From assembly GCF_006345805.1 (NCBI RefSeq), contig NC_043000.1:28830001-28894000 (forward strand): a stretch of 64,000 nucleotides of DNA, read 5' to 3'. Origin of the DNA: Octopus sinensis (taxonomy: Eukaryota). The notes beneath the pieces are model-generated. The model was not told the origin of the DNA. It made no database searches and saw nothing but the letters and a program-made list of their open reading frames with translations. How positions within the stretch are numbered: position 1 is the stretch's first letter; each line of letters opens with the position of its first letter. Positions 35,856 through 48,610 of this stretch are shown here, one piece after another. Made by a program: the position numbers and the translations under genes.

Positions 35856-37286
35856 TAGATATATATACACGACGAGTCTCTTTCCGTGTCCGTCTACTAA
35901 ATCCACTCAGAAGGTTTGGTTGTTTGGTCGGCTCGAGGCTATAGTAGAAGACATTTGCCCGAGGTGCCACGCCGTAAGATTAAACGCCGGGATCACGTAA
36001 TTTGAAAGCAAACTTCTTACTACTTTTCCACGCGTGCACCTTATGTACTATAAATGTAAAGTCATATGTTCCTTCATCATCTCCTGAGATATAGATGTTT
36101 TTGTTTTGTATTTTTTATTCTCACCATTATAGATATAAATTTCTACAAAGTGCATAAGTTTTACTGTTATTAAATTTTAATCTGGATATTAAATAAAATA
36201 TAAAGTTCGCGTATACTTTTTATGAATCTGAATTTTCTTTTTTCATAATAATACTTCGAATTTTACGACTTTATAAACTGATTTTTTAATAATGCTTTTG
36301 TTACAGTTTTGCGTAAAAAGCGTCAAGATTTTCATAAAAGACAAGTTTGTGGCTGAAAATTCAGTCGATGAAAATCTGACGTTTTTATACAAGAAACCGC
36401 AAATACAAAATTGCTATGGACAAGGAAAGAAGATTAGTCGGTTGCTGACGGAAGCTCCGAAGATTGAAACTAGTTCAGTTGATTCATTATTTTCGTTTGC
36501 GACTTACCGGTATTTTTAATTAAGATCAATTAATTTATTCACAGACTGTTAGTCGAAATCTATTAATTTATTCTGCACTATTCCTTGGCATCTAAAAAAA
36601 AGAACACTGATACTGCATCAATATTATATTATTCGAGCAACGTACCAAGAATGCGTCATTTATGCAAATCGATGTATCCGATTAAATAAAGCCCCTAAAA
36701 ATAGCGACTACAAATACAGCATCGCTGTCAACTGTTAAAGAGGGATTGTTAAGGAGAACTGGAACTAGTCCAACTAATCTCCTTTTGTTTCTGTCCTCAG
36801 AAAGGTTTTATAAAAAGAAAACGTACCTGTTACCCAGTTCCAGCCTAACTCTAAAGATATATTTTGTAGTAACACAAGCAAAAGATATATATTTGCACGG
36901 AAAATGTTAGATCAGGAATATATTTTCTACAATGTTTTACGAGTTATTTTATTTAATTGTAATCTTCTTCCAACAAGTATTACACTTTCTGATATCATTT
37001 ATCTGTTATCTTTTATTGTTTAGGCTTCGGTTATTGAACTGCGGCCATGCTGAGCACCGCCATGAAGAGCTTATCTGAACAAATGAATTCCACTACTTAG
37101 TCATTTTCTGTTTTTTGTTTATAAGTGCGGTACTTAGTCTATCGCTATCTTATGCAGAGAAAAATGTTACACCGACGTAAACAAACCAAGACTGAATGTC
37201 AAGTGATGCGGAGTTACAAGCACACACACACACACACGTATATATGCATATATATATATGTATATATAAAAATATATTATTTACAT

Positions 37287-37332
<46 letters not shown>

Positions 37333-37389
37333 CTATATATATATATTATATATATAATATATATATATATATATGTATGTATATATATT

Positions 37390-37560
37390 AGACAAAAAGA
37401 GATAACAAAGCCAAGATCGTGAGGCGTTTTCAGGACATTTATAGGGAAAGATATATGGATATAGTCTTACAGCTGTTTCGGGGATATTATGGATATCCCT
37501 TCATCAGATAGAGGTAAATGTTTACCTCTATTTAACCATCTCACATCATTTCTGATCAAT
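37390..37560 (-). mobile_element. pLTR-like module with hammerhead motif (37463-37510)
   Basis: Minus strand: CTGATGA a gggatat..atatccc c GAAAC AGCT GTA agact; related to 47885-48422. Confidence 0.7.
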
Positions 37561-38330
37561 GTTATATATATATATATATATACGACGGGCTTCCACACAG
37601 TTTCCGATCAAGAAATTCACTCACAAAGCATTGTCGACTAGGGGCTATAGTAGAAGACGCAGTGGGACTGAACTCACTGAGCGTGTGATTTCAAAGCGAG
37701 CTTCTCAACCACATAGACATGCCTCCTAAGCCTAGATAATGTTTCAAACATTGCCAGATGCGTGAGTATATGTGGGTGAGGGTGAACGTCGGAGAGAGAG
37801 GAGGGGAGATATAGGGGAGAGAAAGATGAAGAGAGCGGGGAGAGGGGGAGAAACAGGGGGAGGGAGAAAGTGAGAGAGCGTGAGTGTTCATGTGTAGGAG
37901 TAATTGGTTCCGTATATAAATAGAGATACTTGACAACATCCTTCGCTATCGACATGGGATTAAATTATATACTAATTTCTACATTTATTCCTCAAAGTAT
38001 ATGTATTAATTAATTCTTTAAATCACCAATGTGTGTAAACATGAAACTAAAAGATTAATAATTGTCTTGATTGTTTGTTTTTCTTAACTCTTTATCACTG
38101 GAAGCGATGTATTGCATGACCCTGGAATTCCCTCCTTGGCCTCGTTTCGACACATCGATGCAACTGGTGTTAAACTTCCACTTCCATACATCAACGCCTC
38201 TAGGTAAACATTCAGAACGAGAATATTCCAGAGAGATGTGGCTCCCGAAGTGAATGGTTAGCATAAATTATTCAGTGTGAAAAGTGAGACAGAGTGTGGA
38301 TAGTGAAAGAAGGATGCTAAATTTATCTTT

Positions 38331-38713
38331 CGTGACGAAACTGGGTCAAAGGTATGGAGCTCGCTTATTCTAAGATACAGAAACTCTTCTGACACAGGGG
38401 CCTACTCGGACAGCACAACCTGGTACACAGCTACTTTCAACATGTTTCGGTCTACCCCGAGTATAAGAAGCAGAACCCTGGTTCCCTCTCTGTCAATGTC
38501 TTTCCTCTGTTTGTTTAAGGCAAGACACCAACCGCATAATCTCTCCACTCTGGACGCGTCTCCGAAGTCCCTGACTACTGCTCCTCTTTCTTTTGGCCGT
38601 CAGTGAATTTGTTTTGTAATGTAGGCTCGTAGGTTTAATGTATTACATAATGAGTGAGCTGAGATGTCGATGTGAAAATGTTATGTGGGACGACCAATGA
38701 AAAGATTGCAACA
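38331..38713 (+). mobile_element. Possible solo LTR
   Basis: Starts (c)GTGACG, ends CAACA, internal TATAAG; no clean TSD. Confidence 0.25.
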
Positions 38714-38845
38714 TATCGTGAAACCAAGCATTTGTGGGCTTTAATTTAAGGTTTTATCGAGTAGATGATTGCTTCCTTGATATGTGTAGCATTGCATCAT
38801 GATACAATTAATGGAGTCTTGGAGGTCCTATAACAATTATAAATA

Positions 38846-39006
38846 GGCGTAGGAGTGGCTGTGTAGTAAGTAGCTTGCTTACCAACCACATGGTTCCGGG
38901 TTCAATCCCACTGCGTGGCACCTTGGGCGAGTGCCTTCTACTATAGCCTCGGGCCGACTAAAGCCTTGTGAGTGGATTTGGTAGACAGAAACTGAAAGAA
39001 ACCCGT

Positions 39007-39070
<64 letters not shown>

Positions 39071-39156
39071 ATATCTATATATATATATATATATATAATA
39101 TATATATATATATACATACATACATACATACATACATACATACATACATACATACA

Positions 39157-39189
<33 letters not shown>

Positions 39190-39400
39190 GTATGTGTGTG
39201 TGTATGTTTGCGTGTCTGTGTTTGTCCCCCCAACATCGCTTGAGAACCGATGCTCTTGTGTTTACGTCCCCGTAACTTAGCGGTTTGGCAAAAATGACCG
39301 ATAGAATAAGTATTAGACTTACAAAGATAAGTCCTGCGGTCGATTTGCTCGACTAAAGGCGGTGCTCCAGCATGGTCACAGTCAAATGACTGAAACAAAT
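38846..39400 (+). mobile_element. SINE family A
   Basis: Full copy with expanded internal microsatellite. Confidence 0.9.
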
Positions 39401-41109
39401 GAAGTATCCGTGGTCTATGTTTATGTAAGTTATGTATCTTTCTAATGAGATATCTGAGTTTCTTAAAGATAACATCTGTGTTGAGAGGGTTAAAGTTGTG
39501 TGAAGTGGAGTGTTTATTATTAGAAATACTGGCAAGCAAATCCCTTATGAATTGAGAGAAGAGTGTGGGAGACGTAAGCGAAGGGAAACGTACTGGCGGA
39601 ATCGTTAAGCACGCCGGGCAAAATGCTTAGTGGCATTTCGTCTGTCTTTATGTTCTGAGTTCCAATTCCATCGAGGTTGACTTCGCCTTTCGTCCCTTCG
39701 GGGTCGATAACATAAGTACTCGTTGAGCACTGGAATCGATGCAATCGACTTCCATCTTCCCAAAAAATTTCCGGCCTTGTACCAAAATTTGAAGCCAATA
39801 TTATACAATGTCCATTTTCCACCAATTTCTTGAATAAATTGTTTTCAATATCTTCTACCTTAAATGTTAGCATATTTGTGTTATGTAGTATATTTAACTT
39901 TGGTGGTATAGTGGTTTTTTACTTTTATTTCTACGGGTTTCTCTAAGAAATCCTAAGTTATTGTTCTTACTTTAATAGCATTTTGACAGTTGTTCTTCCC
40001 TTGTACTCACTGGGATAGAGTTATGTCTCAACTGTATATCTAGTACCTCTAATATTTTTTTATTTCAACACTGTGATCGAATTCGGTAGCTAATCTTAGT
40101 GAACGATGAAATTTTACGTTTCATTTCCATATATTTTATGAAACTTTTATGTTTTACTAATGTCACACTTTCATATAATTATGTTATTTTTTTCTTACGC
40201 ACTGTTTTAGGCATGGTAAGTTTCAATCGCATAGATATATTCCAGAAATTTTTGCTACAGAAAAATCTATATACATATCGGCTTTAAATAATTTCATGGC
40301 GTACAATAATGCTTCCGTTTATGATCCCAGCATTGTGAACCATTTTATATAGTTAGTACGTATATGTAAGATCATTACGTTTTGTCGATCCATCTCATAA
40401 TCCAATATGTTTTTATTGAATATGATGTTCAAGGAAGTAAGTACGAAGCGGAATACCGTGGATATGTGTAGACCATCTTGGAATATTTTTATTTCGTACA
40501 TTTTCCGTCACAGTCATACTTTTCTGCTGACTTTATGCGAGTTTTGTTTTCACTTTCCGGGAATTTTACGATCTCCCACTGATAGCATGCATATTCTACA
40601 TTATTTAAGAATCACTGTTGAAAACCATTTTTATAACGTTATTTTACTTGTTTTTCATGCCTTTCTAGTATTATTCTGGTAACTGAGAGCTGAATTTTAA
40701 TGTTATCATATATTCTTCTTTCCATCTTTTGCTTCTAAGGAATTAAGGTAAATAAATTGCTAATTTATGAATGGAAGGCTATTTTTATTTTATTTCAGAC
40801 TTGAGAGGGCTTCCCTTAGTTTCTGACACTTCATACCAAATGTACTGCATCTTCTGCCATTTATATATATATTGTATGGCAATATGAAAATGAGACTTGT
40901 TAACAGAATAAATTGTGCGAATCAAGACATGACTATACTCTCAGAATATATGGTGATGAACCTGCTGAAGAAAGTCCTCAGAGATGTCAGCCATTGGTGT
41001 GTTATTTTAATTATTGTTTTGTAACGTGTCCGCGTGTTCTTCCCTCACCGGTTGCCATGTGACATAATAAAAGAATCATCATTATTCAGTTCTATATTTA
41101 AGAGATGAG

Positions 41110-41307
41110 GAATTATGTACATTATTTACATTTGACGGATATTTGTCCTCATCTTGTTTTGGCTGATATACCCTCCGGCCTTCATCAGGTGTCTTGGGGA
41201 ATTTTCGAACCTAGGCTCTCATTCCTAATGTATTTTTCGACGTTATTATTATTATTATTATTATATTATTATTATTATTATTATTATTATTATCATCATT
41301 ATTATCA

Positions 41308-41382
<75 letters not shown>

Positions 41383-41605
41383 TCACTGAATTGAATTCGG
41401 AATCTTGGGGTTAGTAGCCCGCGCTCTTAACCACTACACCATATGCCCACGGGTATACAATAACATCGAAAAATAACTTAGGAATGAGAAGCCAGGTTCC
41501 AAACTTTCCCAAGACACCTGATAAAGGCTGGAGTGTATATCAGCCGAAACGTTGTGCTAACGACAAACAAGATGAAGACAAATACCCGTCAAATGTAAAT
41601 AATGT
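41110..41605. mobile_element. SINE family D (minus, 41110-41451) with an inverted copy of its own HHR-bearing 3' module (plus, 41459-41605)
   Basis: Head, (AAT)n and tail on the minus strand. CTGATGA core at 41182-41188; second motif gacac CTGATAA a ggctg..cagcc GAAAC GTT gtgct at 41513-41558. Confidence 0.85.
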
Positions 41606-43328
41606 TCGGAACGTAAAGACAGATGAAATACCTATTTCTTTACAGCCCACAACGAGCTACACACAGAGGTGACAAATAAGGACAGACAAACGGATTAAGT
41701 CGATTATATCGACCCCAGTGCGTAAATGGTAGTTATTTAATCGACCCCGAAAGAATGAAAGGCAAAGTCGACCGCGGCGTAATTTGAACTCAGAACGTAA
41801 CGACAGACGAACTAGCGCTAAGCATTTCGCCCGGCATGCTAACGTTTCTGCCCAGCTCGCCGCCTTAAGTAATCTTTCCCTTCTTAGTAATCAGAAACGG
41901 TCGGTATTACCATTACCGCGGCCCAGGTCGTACATTTTGAACAACTTCCCAGCTTTTCAATCTGGTTCTTGTAGCCTTTTGTCCACTTTAGAAAAAAAGG
42001 AAATGAATCTCTTAACACTGGAATGGGACATGATCTCATTGCCTTGATGCCATTCCCTCTATTTAGTTTAGTTTAGAGTGCTTTCCCAATCCTTCTCTTG
42101 TATTCTTTGGAGAATTTCTCATATATTTTTCCTATGTTATCATTCTGCAACACCTCTGGTTACTTGTATCCTTCATTATCCCTCAGCAATCTAATATCAT
42201 CTATAGTATCTTCATACCCACAGATTTATTATTGTTATTATTAATGTTGTTATTTTTGCTTCTGTTGTCGTGTTTTATGAATATATGCACCTCTTGCAAG
42301 AAATAATTGAAATTATCAATTATTATTATTATTATTATTATATTATTATTATTATTATTATTATTATATTCAGGTCACTGAATTGAATTCGGAATCTTGG
42401 GGTTAGTAGCCCGCGCTCTTAACCACTACACCATATGCCCACGGGTATACAATAACATCGAAAAATAACTTAGGAATGAGAAGCCAGGTTCCAAACTTTC
42501 CCAAGACACCTGATAAAGGCTGGAGTGTATATCAGCCGAAACGACAAACAAGATGAAGACAAATACCCGTCAAATGTAAATAATGTTCGGAACGTAAAGA
42601 CAGATGAAATACCTATTTCTTTACAGCCCACAACGAGCTACACACAGAGGTGACAAATAAGGACAGACAAACGGATTAAGTCGATTATATCGACCCCAGT
42701 GCGTAAATGGTAGTTATTTAATCGACCCCGAAAGAATGAAAGGCAAAGTCGACCGCGGCGTAATTTGAACTCAGAACGTAACGACAGACGAACTAGCGCT
42801 AAGCATTTCGCCCGGCATGCTAACGTTTCTGCCCAGCTCGCCGCCTTAAGTAATCTTTCCCTTCTTAGTAATCAGAAACGGTCGGTATTACCATTACCGC
42901 GGCCCAGGTCGTACATTTTGAACAACTTCCCAGCTTTTCAATCTGGTTCTTGTAGCCTTTTGTCCACTTTAGAAAAAAAGGAAATGAATCTCTTAACACT
43001 GGAATGGGACATGATCTCATTGCCTTGATGCCATTCCCTCTATTTAGTTTAGTTTAGAGTGCTTTCCCAATCCTTCTCTTGTATTCTTTGGAGAATTTCT
43101 CATATATTTTTCCTATGTTATCATTCTGCAACACCTCTGGTTACTTGTATCCTTCATTATCCCTCAGCAATCTAATATCATCTATAGTATCTTCATACCC
43201 ACAGATTTATTATTGTTATTATTAATGTTGTTATTTTTGCTTCTGTTGTCGTGTTTTATGAATATATGCACCTCTTGCAAGAAATAATTGAAATTATCAA
43301 TTATTATTATTATTATTATATTATTATT

Positions 43329-43330
<2 letters not shown>
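41379..43330. repeat. Tandem duplication, unit ~981-992 bp, bounded by (TAT)n
   Basis: 41379 aligns to 42371 and 41784 to 42765; the copies differ by an 11-bp deletion inside the HHR. Confidence 0.92.
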
Positions 43331-43385
<55 letters not shown>

Positions 43386-43510
43386 TCATTATCATTATTA
43401 TCATTATTATTACTATTATTAGTATTGTTGTTGTTGTTGTTGTTAATATCATCATCATCATCATCATCATCTTTATTTTTATTATTATTATTATTACTAT
43501 TACCATTATT

Positions 43511-43542
<32 letters not shown>

Positions 43543-43700
43543 TATTATTGTTGTTGTTGTTGCCATTATTATCATCATCATCATCATCATCATTATTATT
43601 ATTGTCATCATCATTATTGTTATTGCTATTATTACCATTGATATTCTTATTGTTGATGTGGATGTTGTTGCTGCTGCTGCTGCTGCTGTTGTTATCAGCA
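43300..43700. repeat. Compound (TAT/CAT/GTT/GCT) microsatellite
   Basis: Direct inspection. Confidence 0.95.
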
Positions 43701-44295
43701 CATTAAGTCTTTCATGCGCATACAGCTTAATGTGATTCCGTACGGGTCAGTGGTCAAGATAATTGGTGCTATGTGTGCGAGAATGATACCAAACACGTGT
43801 ACACCTTCCCTTGGTGTTCGACTTAAACTAACACACCAACAGAAAACAACTGAGATTCATTAAAAATTAATAAGAACAATGTTTGAATAATTTTAATTTG
43901 CTCTTAAAAGTTACTCTCTTTTTTTTTAGACATTTTTTTAAGGAAGGTTTCTTAAAATTCTTTACACCGTCAATTCATTTGTAGCACCTGATCAAGTCAT
44001 GTGACCTAATAAAACTGTTTTTGCTCTTCGGATCGTTAAAGAAATTAAATAGAATTTTCGTAAATTTGTATCACATTAAGTCACACGAGAACGCATCCAG
44101 ATAAAGTTTTGTTCACTGGGCGCTGGTGAAGTTTACTGAAACAAAAGCAAAATGAACAGCTGCCCTCACTAACAATGTGCGTGCATATGTGTGTGTGCAC
44201 GCGCGTGTGTGAGAGCTTGTAAGGAGGGTTGCTTTGCAGTTATTTGCCTTTGAGTTCAGTTCCAATGCGCGGCACCTTACACTATAGCTCCTAGC

Positions 44296-44630
44296 ATTTT
44301 TTTTACATCTAGTTTCAGCTCACGAGCTGTGGCCATGCTGGAGCATCGCCATCTGGTGTTGCTACATAATTTTACTTCACGAATGCTTTTTAGCAATTGG
44401 CATTTGGTGCATGAGAGAGTTTGATGCAGCTGCCCTCATCTGCACCTCCTGCCGCGATGTTGGTTCACCTGGGATACTTGACAAGAAGAGGTCCAGCTTT
44501 ATTTTTAAGACACCTACATCCACCCCATGCAGGTCTCTCAGGTCCTTCGGGATGATATTGAAGAACTGTGGACCTCTGAAGCCCAGGCTATTGTAGTATC
44601 TTGTCCTACATCTTGATGGCAAACTTGGAT
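44296..44630 (-). mobile_element. CR1-group LINE 3' end
   Basis: NSLGFRGPQFFNIIPKDLR..KIKLDLFLSSIPGEP resembles CR1-group RT C-termini; 3' UTR with hairpin and A-tail. Confidence 0.8.
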
Positions 44631-44736
44631 CCTTGTCACTATGCAGTGAGGCCCAGTTCTAGTATTTGTCTAACTCTCGATGCCAAAGTTTGGGACAAAT
44701 CCTTCCAGGATCTTCCAGATGTAAAAAGCTATCGCC

Positions 44737-44807
44737 TGCGTCGGCCGGGAGCGAATCCGGATCGACTGCTTGGAAGGCAACCATGCTAACTGTTACACCA
44801 CGGACGC
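44737..44807 (-). pseudogene. tRNA-Gly(TCC) pseudogene
   Basis: GCGTCCGTGGTGTAACAGTTAGCATGGTTGCCTTCCAAGCAGTCGATCCGGATTCGCTCCCGGCCGACGCA folds as a cloverleaf with TCC anticodon. D-loop GG and B-box are damaged; a T5 run lies 10 nt downstream. Confidence 0.85.
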
Positions 44808-45103
44808 TTGTGAATAAATTATATATATATATGTAGCTTATAGATGAGAATGAAATGTTCTCTGCATAGAATACACTTAGCAATGCTCTAGGAACAATAT
44901 TAAAAATCCAACTGCTGTTTCCCTCTGAAACAGCTGTTGGATTTGAAATACTGCTGCTCAATCTCTTTAACTCTATATTTTTTTCTATTCTGTGTAAGTC
45001 GAAATTTTTTATATGTATACATATATACATTTTTTATTTCATGTGGTTAATACATTTTATATATTTATCTGACTAACTTGCTTTCCCTACATTTATATAT
45101 ATT

Positions 45104-45139
<36 letters not shown>

Positions 45140-45329
45140 CATGGAGGCTGCCCCCTCGTTATCGAGTATGGCCATTGCACGAAGCTTAATCAATGTTGGT
45201 ATCGTGCAATGCCTGTGCAAGGAATTTTTTTTAATTGAGGAAAGGCGGTGCACTGAGTCAATCCCATTCACTAAGCAACAGCAGCCATAATCCGAAAAGA
45301 AGAATAAGTCAACATCATCGGTAACTACG

Positions 45330-45660
45330 AGCCGCAGGTTTTATGTCGGAGTTATCCCAGTTACCTGAGTTACCTTCTCCTAGAATGATACCCTAACAAA
45401 GGCTAGGAGTCCTTCACTCATAATGGTTTAACCGTGCGATCGGGTATTCAGTCCGATTATTTCTATGTCCCCGCGCATGATACAGCCTTAAGACATTTAT
45501 TGGATGGCCGTTAACTCTCAAAAGTTCCTCCGCCTTTTGACGGGTTTTGCTTTTCATCCCGCAGGGTGTCCAATAAACACCCTCCTCACCAAACAACGTT
45601 GGTGGGGTTGCCGGTTTAGTCGCCGACGACCCGACCATGCAACAGGCTGTACATGATACA
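45330..45660 (-). mobile_element. RTE-like LINE 5'-UTR-derived segment
   Basis: cggcaaccccacc..ggtgaggagggtg..tctaggagaaggtaactc resembles RTE/BovB 5' UTRs (by recognition only). Confidence 0.45.
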
Positions 45661-45756
45661 TGTTACCAGTAGTACTCGAAAGTGACCTGACATAAATAGA
45701 TACATACATACATACATAAGTACTTACATATATACATACATACACACACACGTATA

Positions 45757-45801
<45 letters not shown>

Positions 45802-46033
45802 AGAAGGTTGAAAAGGAACACACGAGTTGATATATATGGAAAAAAGGTCAAGGTAGAGAATGCTAATATAATTTTATAAAAAACATTTCCGTACCGGTTT
45901 CAGTCATTCATGTTTTTTTCAACTGTAAGTATGGGAAACAATTAAATTTTGGAAAAAATAAAAGAAAAGATTTTTAAAAGAATATTTGCATAGTGTTCAA
46001 ATACAAGTGGCATTTTCCTTGTTTCTGTCTGTT

Positions 46034-46082
<49 letters not shown>

Positions 46083-46510
46083 TGTTTACTCTTGTGGGTC
46101 CGAGGTCGTTGTGAATTCTTGGTAGGGAAGAAATATAAATGTATATATATATATATATGTGTGTGTGTGTATACACGATAAACCACGTGCATAACAAAAT
46201 AGGAAATGGAACTCAATGTTATTGGAATACAGAATTATATGTAAGTATATAATACACACATGGAAAAATCTGAAATAGTCACGTACGACAACTGATGAAT
46301 GGTAGCATGTGCGTTGATTATCGATTGGAAATTAGCTAACTTCATAACTATGACTGCTGTGACACTCCGAGTGGGGCATGTGAGTGTTCCACGGTTGTGT
46401 TATATATTCAATGTATGTATGCATGCCTGTATATATCAATGAAGATATGTATGTATAACCACACATACGCACACACATGCACATACGTATATGTGTATAT
46501 ATATATATAC

Positions 46511-46553
<43 letters not shown>

Positions 46554-46623
46554 ATATGTATATTAGTATATATTATATATGTATATGTATATTGTATGTA
46601 TATATATATTTACATATATTTGC

Positions 46624-46725
<102 letters not shown>

Positions 46726-46730
46726 GTATG

Positions 46731-46763
<33 letters not shown>

Positions 46764-46772
46764 TATAATATA

Positions 46773-46822
<50 letters not shown>

Positions 46823-46852
46823 GATATATATATTTAAATGTAAATAAGTTTG

Positions 46853-47764
46853 TGTGAATATATAGAAAGAGAGGTTTTGAAAGGTAATGGTGTCAGTGAG
46901 ACCCAAGGTGTCAGGTAATGACCATAGTTATGTTCCAGGTTCAGTGATTATGCGAATAAGGGGCCCAACGTAGGTCATTTATCAGAGTGTGTATATATAT
47001 TGATACGAGTAGGTCAACTGGGAAACAACTTCTATGACCTACTTTGCTGGGGTGTAGTCTGGAAGTCTACAATCTAAAGTTATTGTCCTTTGTTCTGTCA
47101 GATTCACGAGAGAGTAATGAGCTTTGAGGGGACCTTTGGCCTTGTGCCGGTTAGGAGAGGGTCAAGGAAACTACCCTATAAAAAAGCAGGAGCTGTGAGT
47201 CTGTTAATCAGTTCAGCCGGAGAAATTGAGTTGGTAAGAAGGCAGATGGGATTACGGAGGAGGCGGTCAGTTGAGAAAGACAGACAGACAATCTGAGAGA
47301 TGACAGGCAGACAGTGAGAGGATGAGAGGTTGAGAAAGACATACACAGAGGACTGAGAGCGAAGGAGGGATTACGGCGGATAGAAGGCACGGCTATTATA
47401 GTAGGAATTGAAACGGTATGTGTTGTTGAATTGTGTTGATTGTTGTATTGATGTTGAAATGTAAAAGAGTTGATGTGCTGGAAAAAGAGATCATAAAGGA
47501 CATTGTGAATTAAGTAAAAGACTTGTCGAAAAGAAAAAACAGTGCTAAAGAGATTATAAAGAACAATGTAAATTGTGTTGATACGTGATGTGAAAAAAGG
47601 AGAAAGACTTTAAAAGAACTCTGAACTGTATCGTTAATGTGTACGTTATTTGAACTGGTTAAATGCTTTGATTTGTTGTATACCTGATGTATCTTGATTT
47701 ATTTGATGTTGTAATAATTGTTATAAACCGTTGTTAAATGTATCGCTGCCATTCTCCCCCTCAC
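46853..47764 (+). mobile_element. Possible LTR (TGTGA...TCACA)
   Basis: Terminal TGTGA/TCACA, internal CTATAAAAAAG, purine-rich body; TSD not evident. Confidence 0.35.
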
Positions 47765-47884
47765 AGAATTCTCTCCTTCCGTGGCGAATTCCCCGTTCGA
47801 TCGAGCCGGTCAATCGTCGTCGCTCGACTTGGTAGGGTCCCGGGTTTCCGAAGAGTTTGAGCGACGGCAGGTGGTCCATAAAAA

Positions 47885-48422
47885 TATATTTTTTTTGTAA
47901 TGAGATAAAAGACTAAGGCTGTGTAAATTTTAGAACATTTATAGATAGAAGGTCTTACAGCTGTTCCCATGATATTTATTATATCCCTTCATCGGAGACG
48001 GTGTGAGAAGATGGTTAAGCAATTTGTAGATCCATTATTTGGGCAGAATGGTATACATATAAGATTCCAATACCTTATGAGTGAAATCGAATACTATTTA
48101 ACATAGGTCATTCCAAGTATAGAGTTTATACACAGTGTTTTTGAATCAAGGATTTTATTTACAAGGTAGTGGAATCTTATATGTATAGCATTCTGCCTAA
48201 ATAATGGATCTACAAATACAATATCCTTGCATATCTCACATCTATTTTCATTCCTCCACCTCACTCTCTATTTCGCATCTTATCTAAATTAACAATTGCT
48301 TAACCGTCTCCGATGATGGGATCTAATAAATATCCTGGAAACAGCTGTAAGTCCTTCTTTCTATAAAAGTTTTAAAATGTACACAGCCTTGGGTTTTTTT
48401 ATCTCATTACGAAAAAATATTA
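47885..48422. mobile_element. Foldback PLE-derived element with hammerhead-like motifs in both arms (47952-47999 minus; 48306-48353 plus)
   Basis: Outer arms ~115 bp and inner arms ~47 bp (48023-48069 / 48170-48216). Motif gtct CCGATGA ..gggat..atcc.. GAAAC AGCT GTA ag(a/t)c. Confidence 0.8.
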
Positions 48423-48556
48423 TATATATATATATTATGTATGTATGTATATATATGTACGTATGAATATATATTATGTATGTATGTATGTATGTATGTA
48501 TGTATGTATGTATGTATGTATGTATGTATGTATGCATACATATTTATGATATATAG

Positions 48557-48610
<54 letters not shown>

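Noticed and set aside
36440-36479. ggttg CTGACGG ... GAAAC TA GTT cagt hammerhead-like string
   Set aside because: A9G, stem II barely pairs and stem I relies on wobble pairs; could be chance or heavy decay.
43251-43706. Leu/Ser/Ile-rich 151-aa ORF resembling a membrane protein
   Set aside because: (TAT/CAT/GTT)n repeat.
46288-46345. CTGATGA ... GAAATTAGCTAA hammerhead-like string
   Set aside because: No NUH triplet, and stems I/II do not form.
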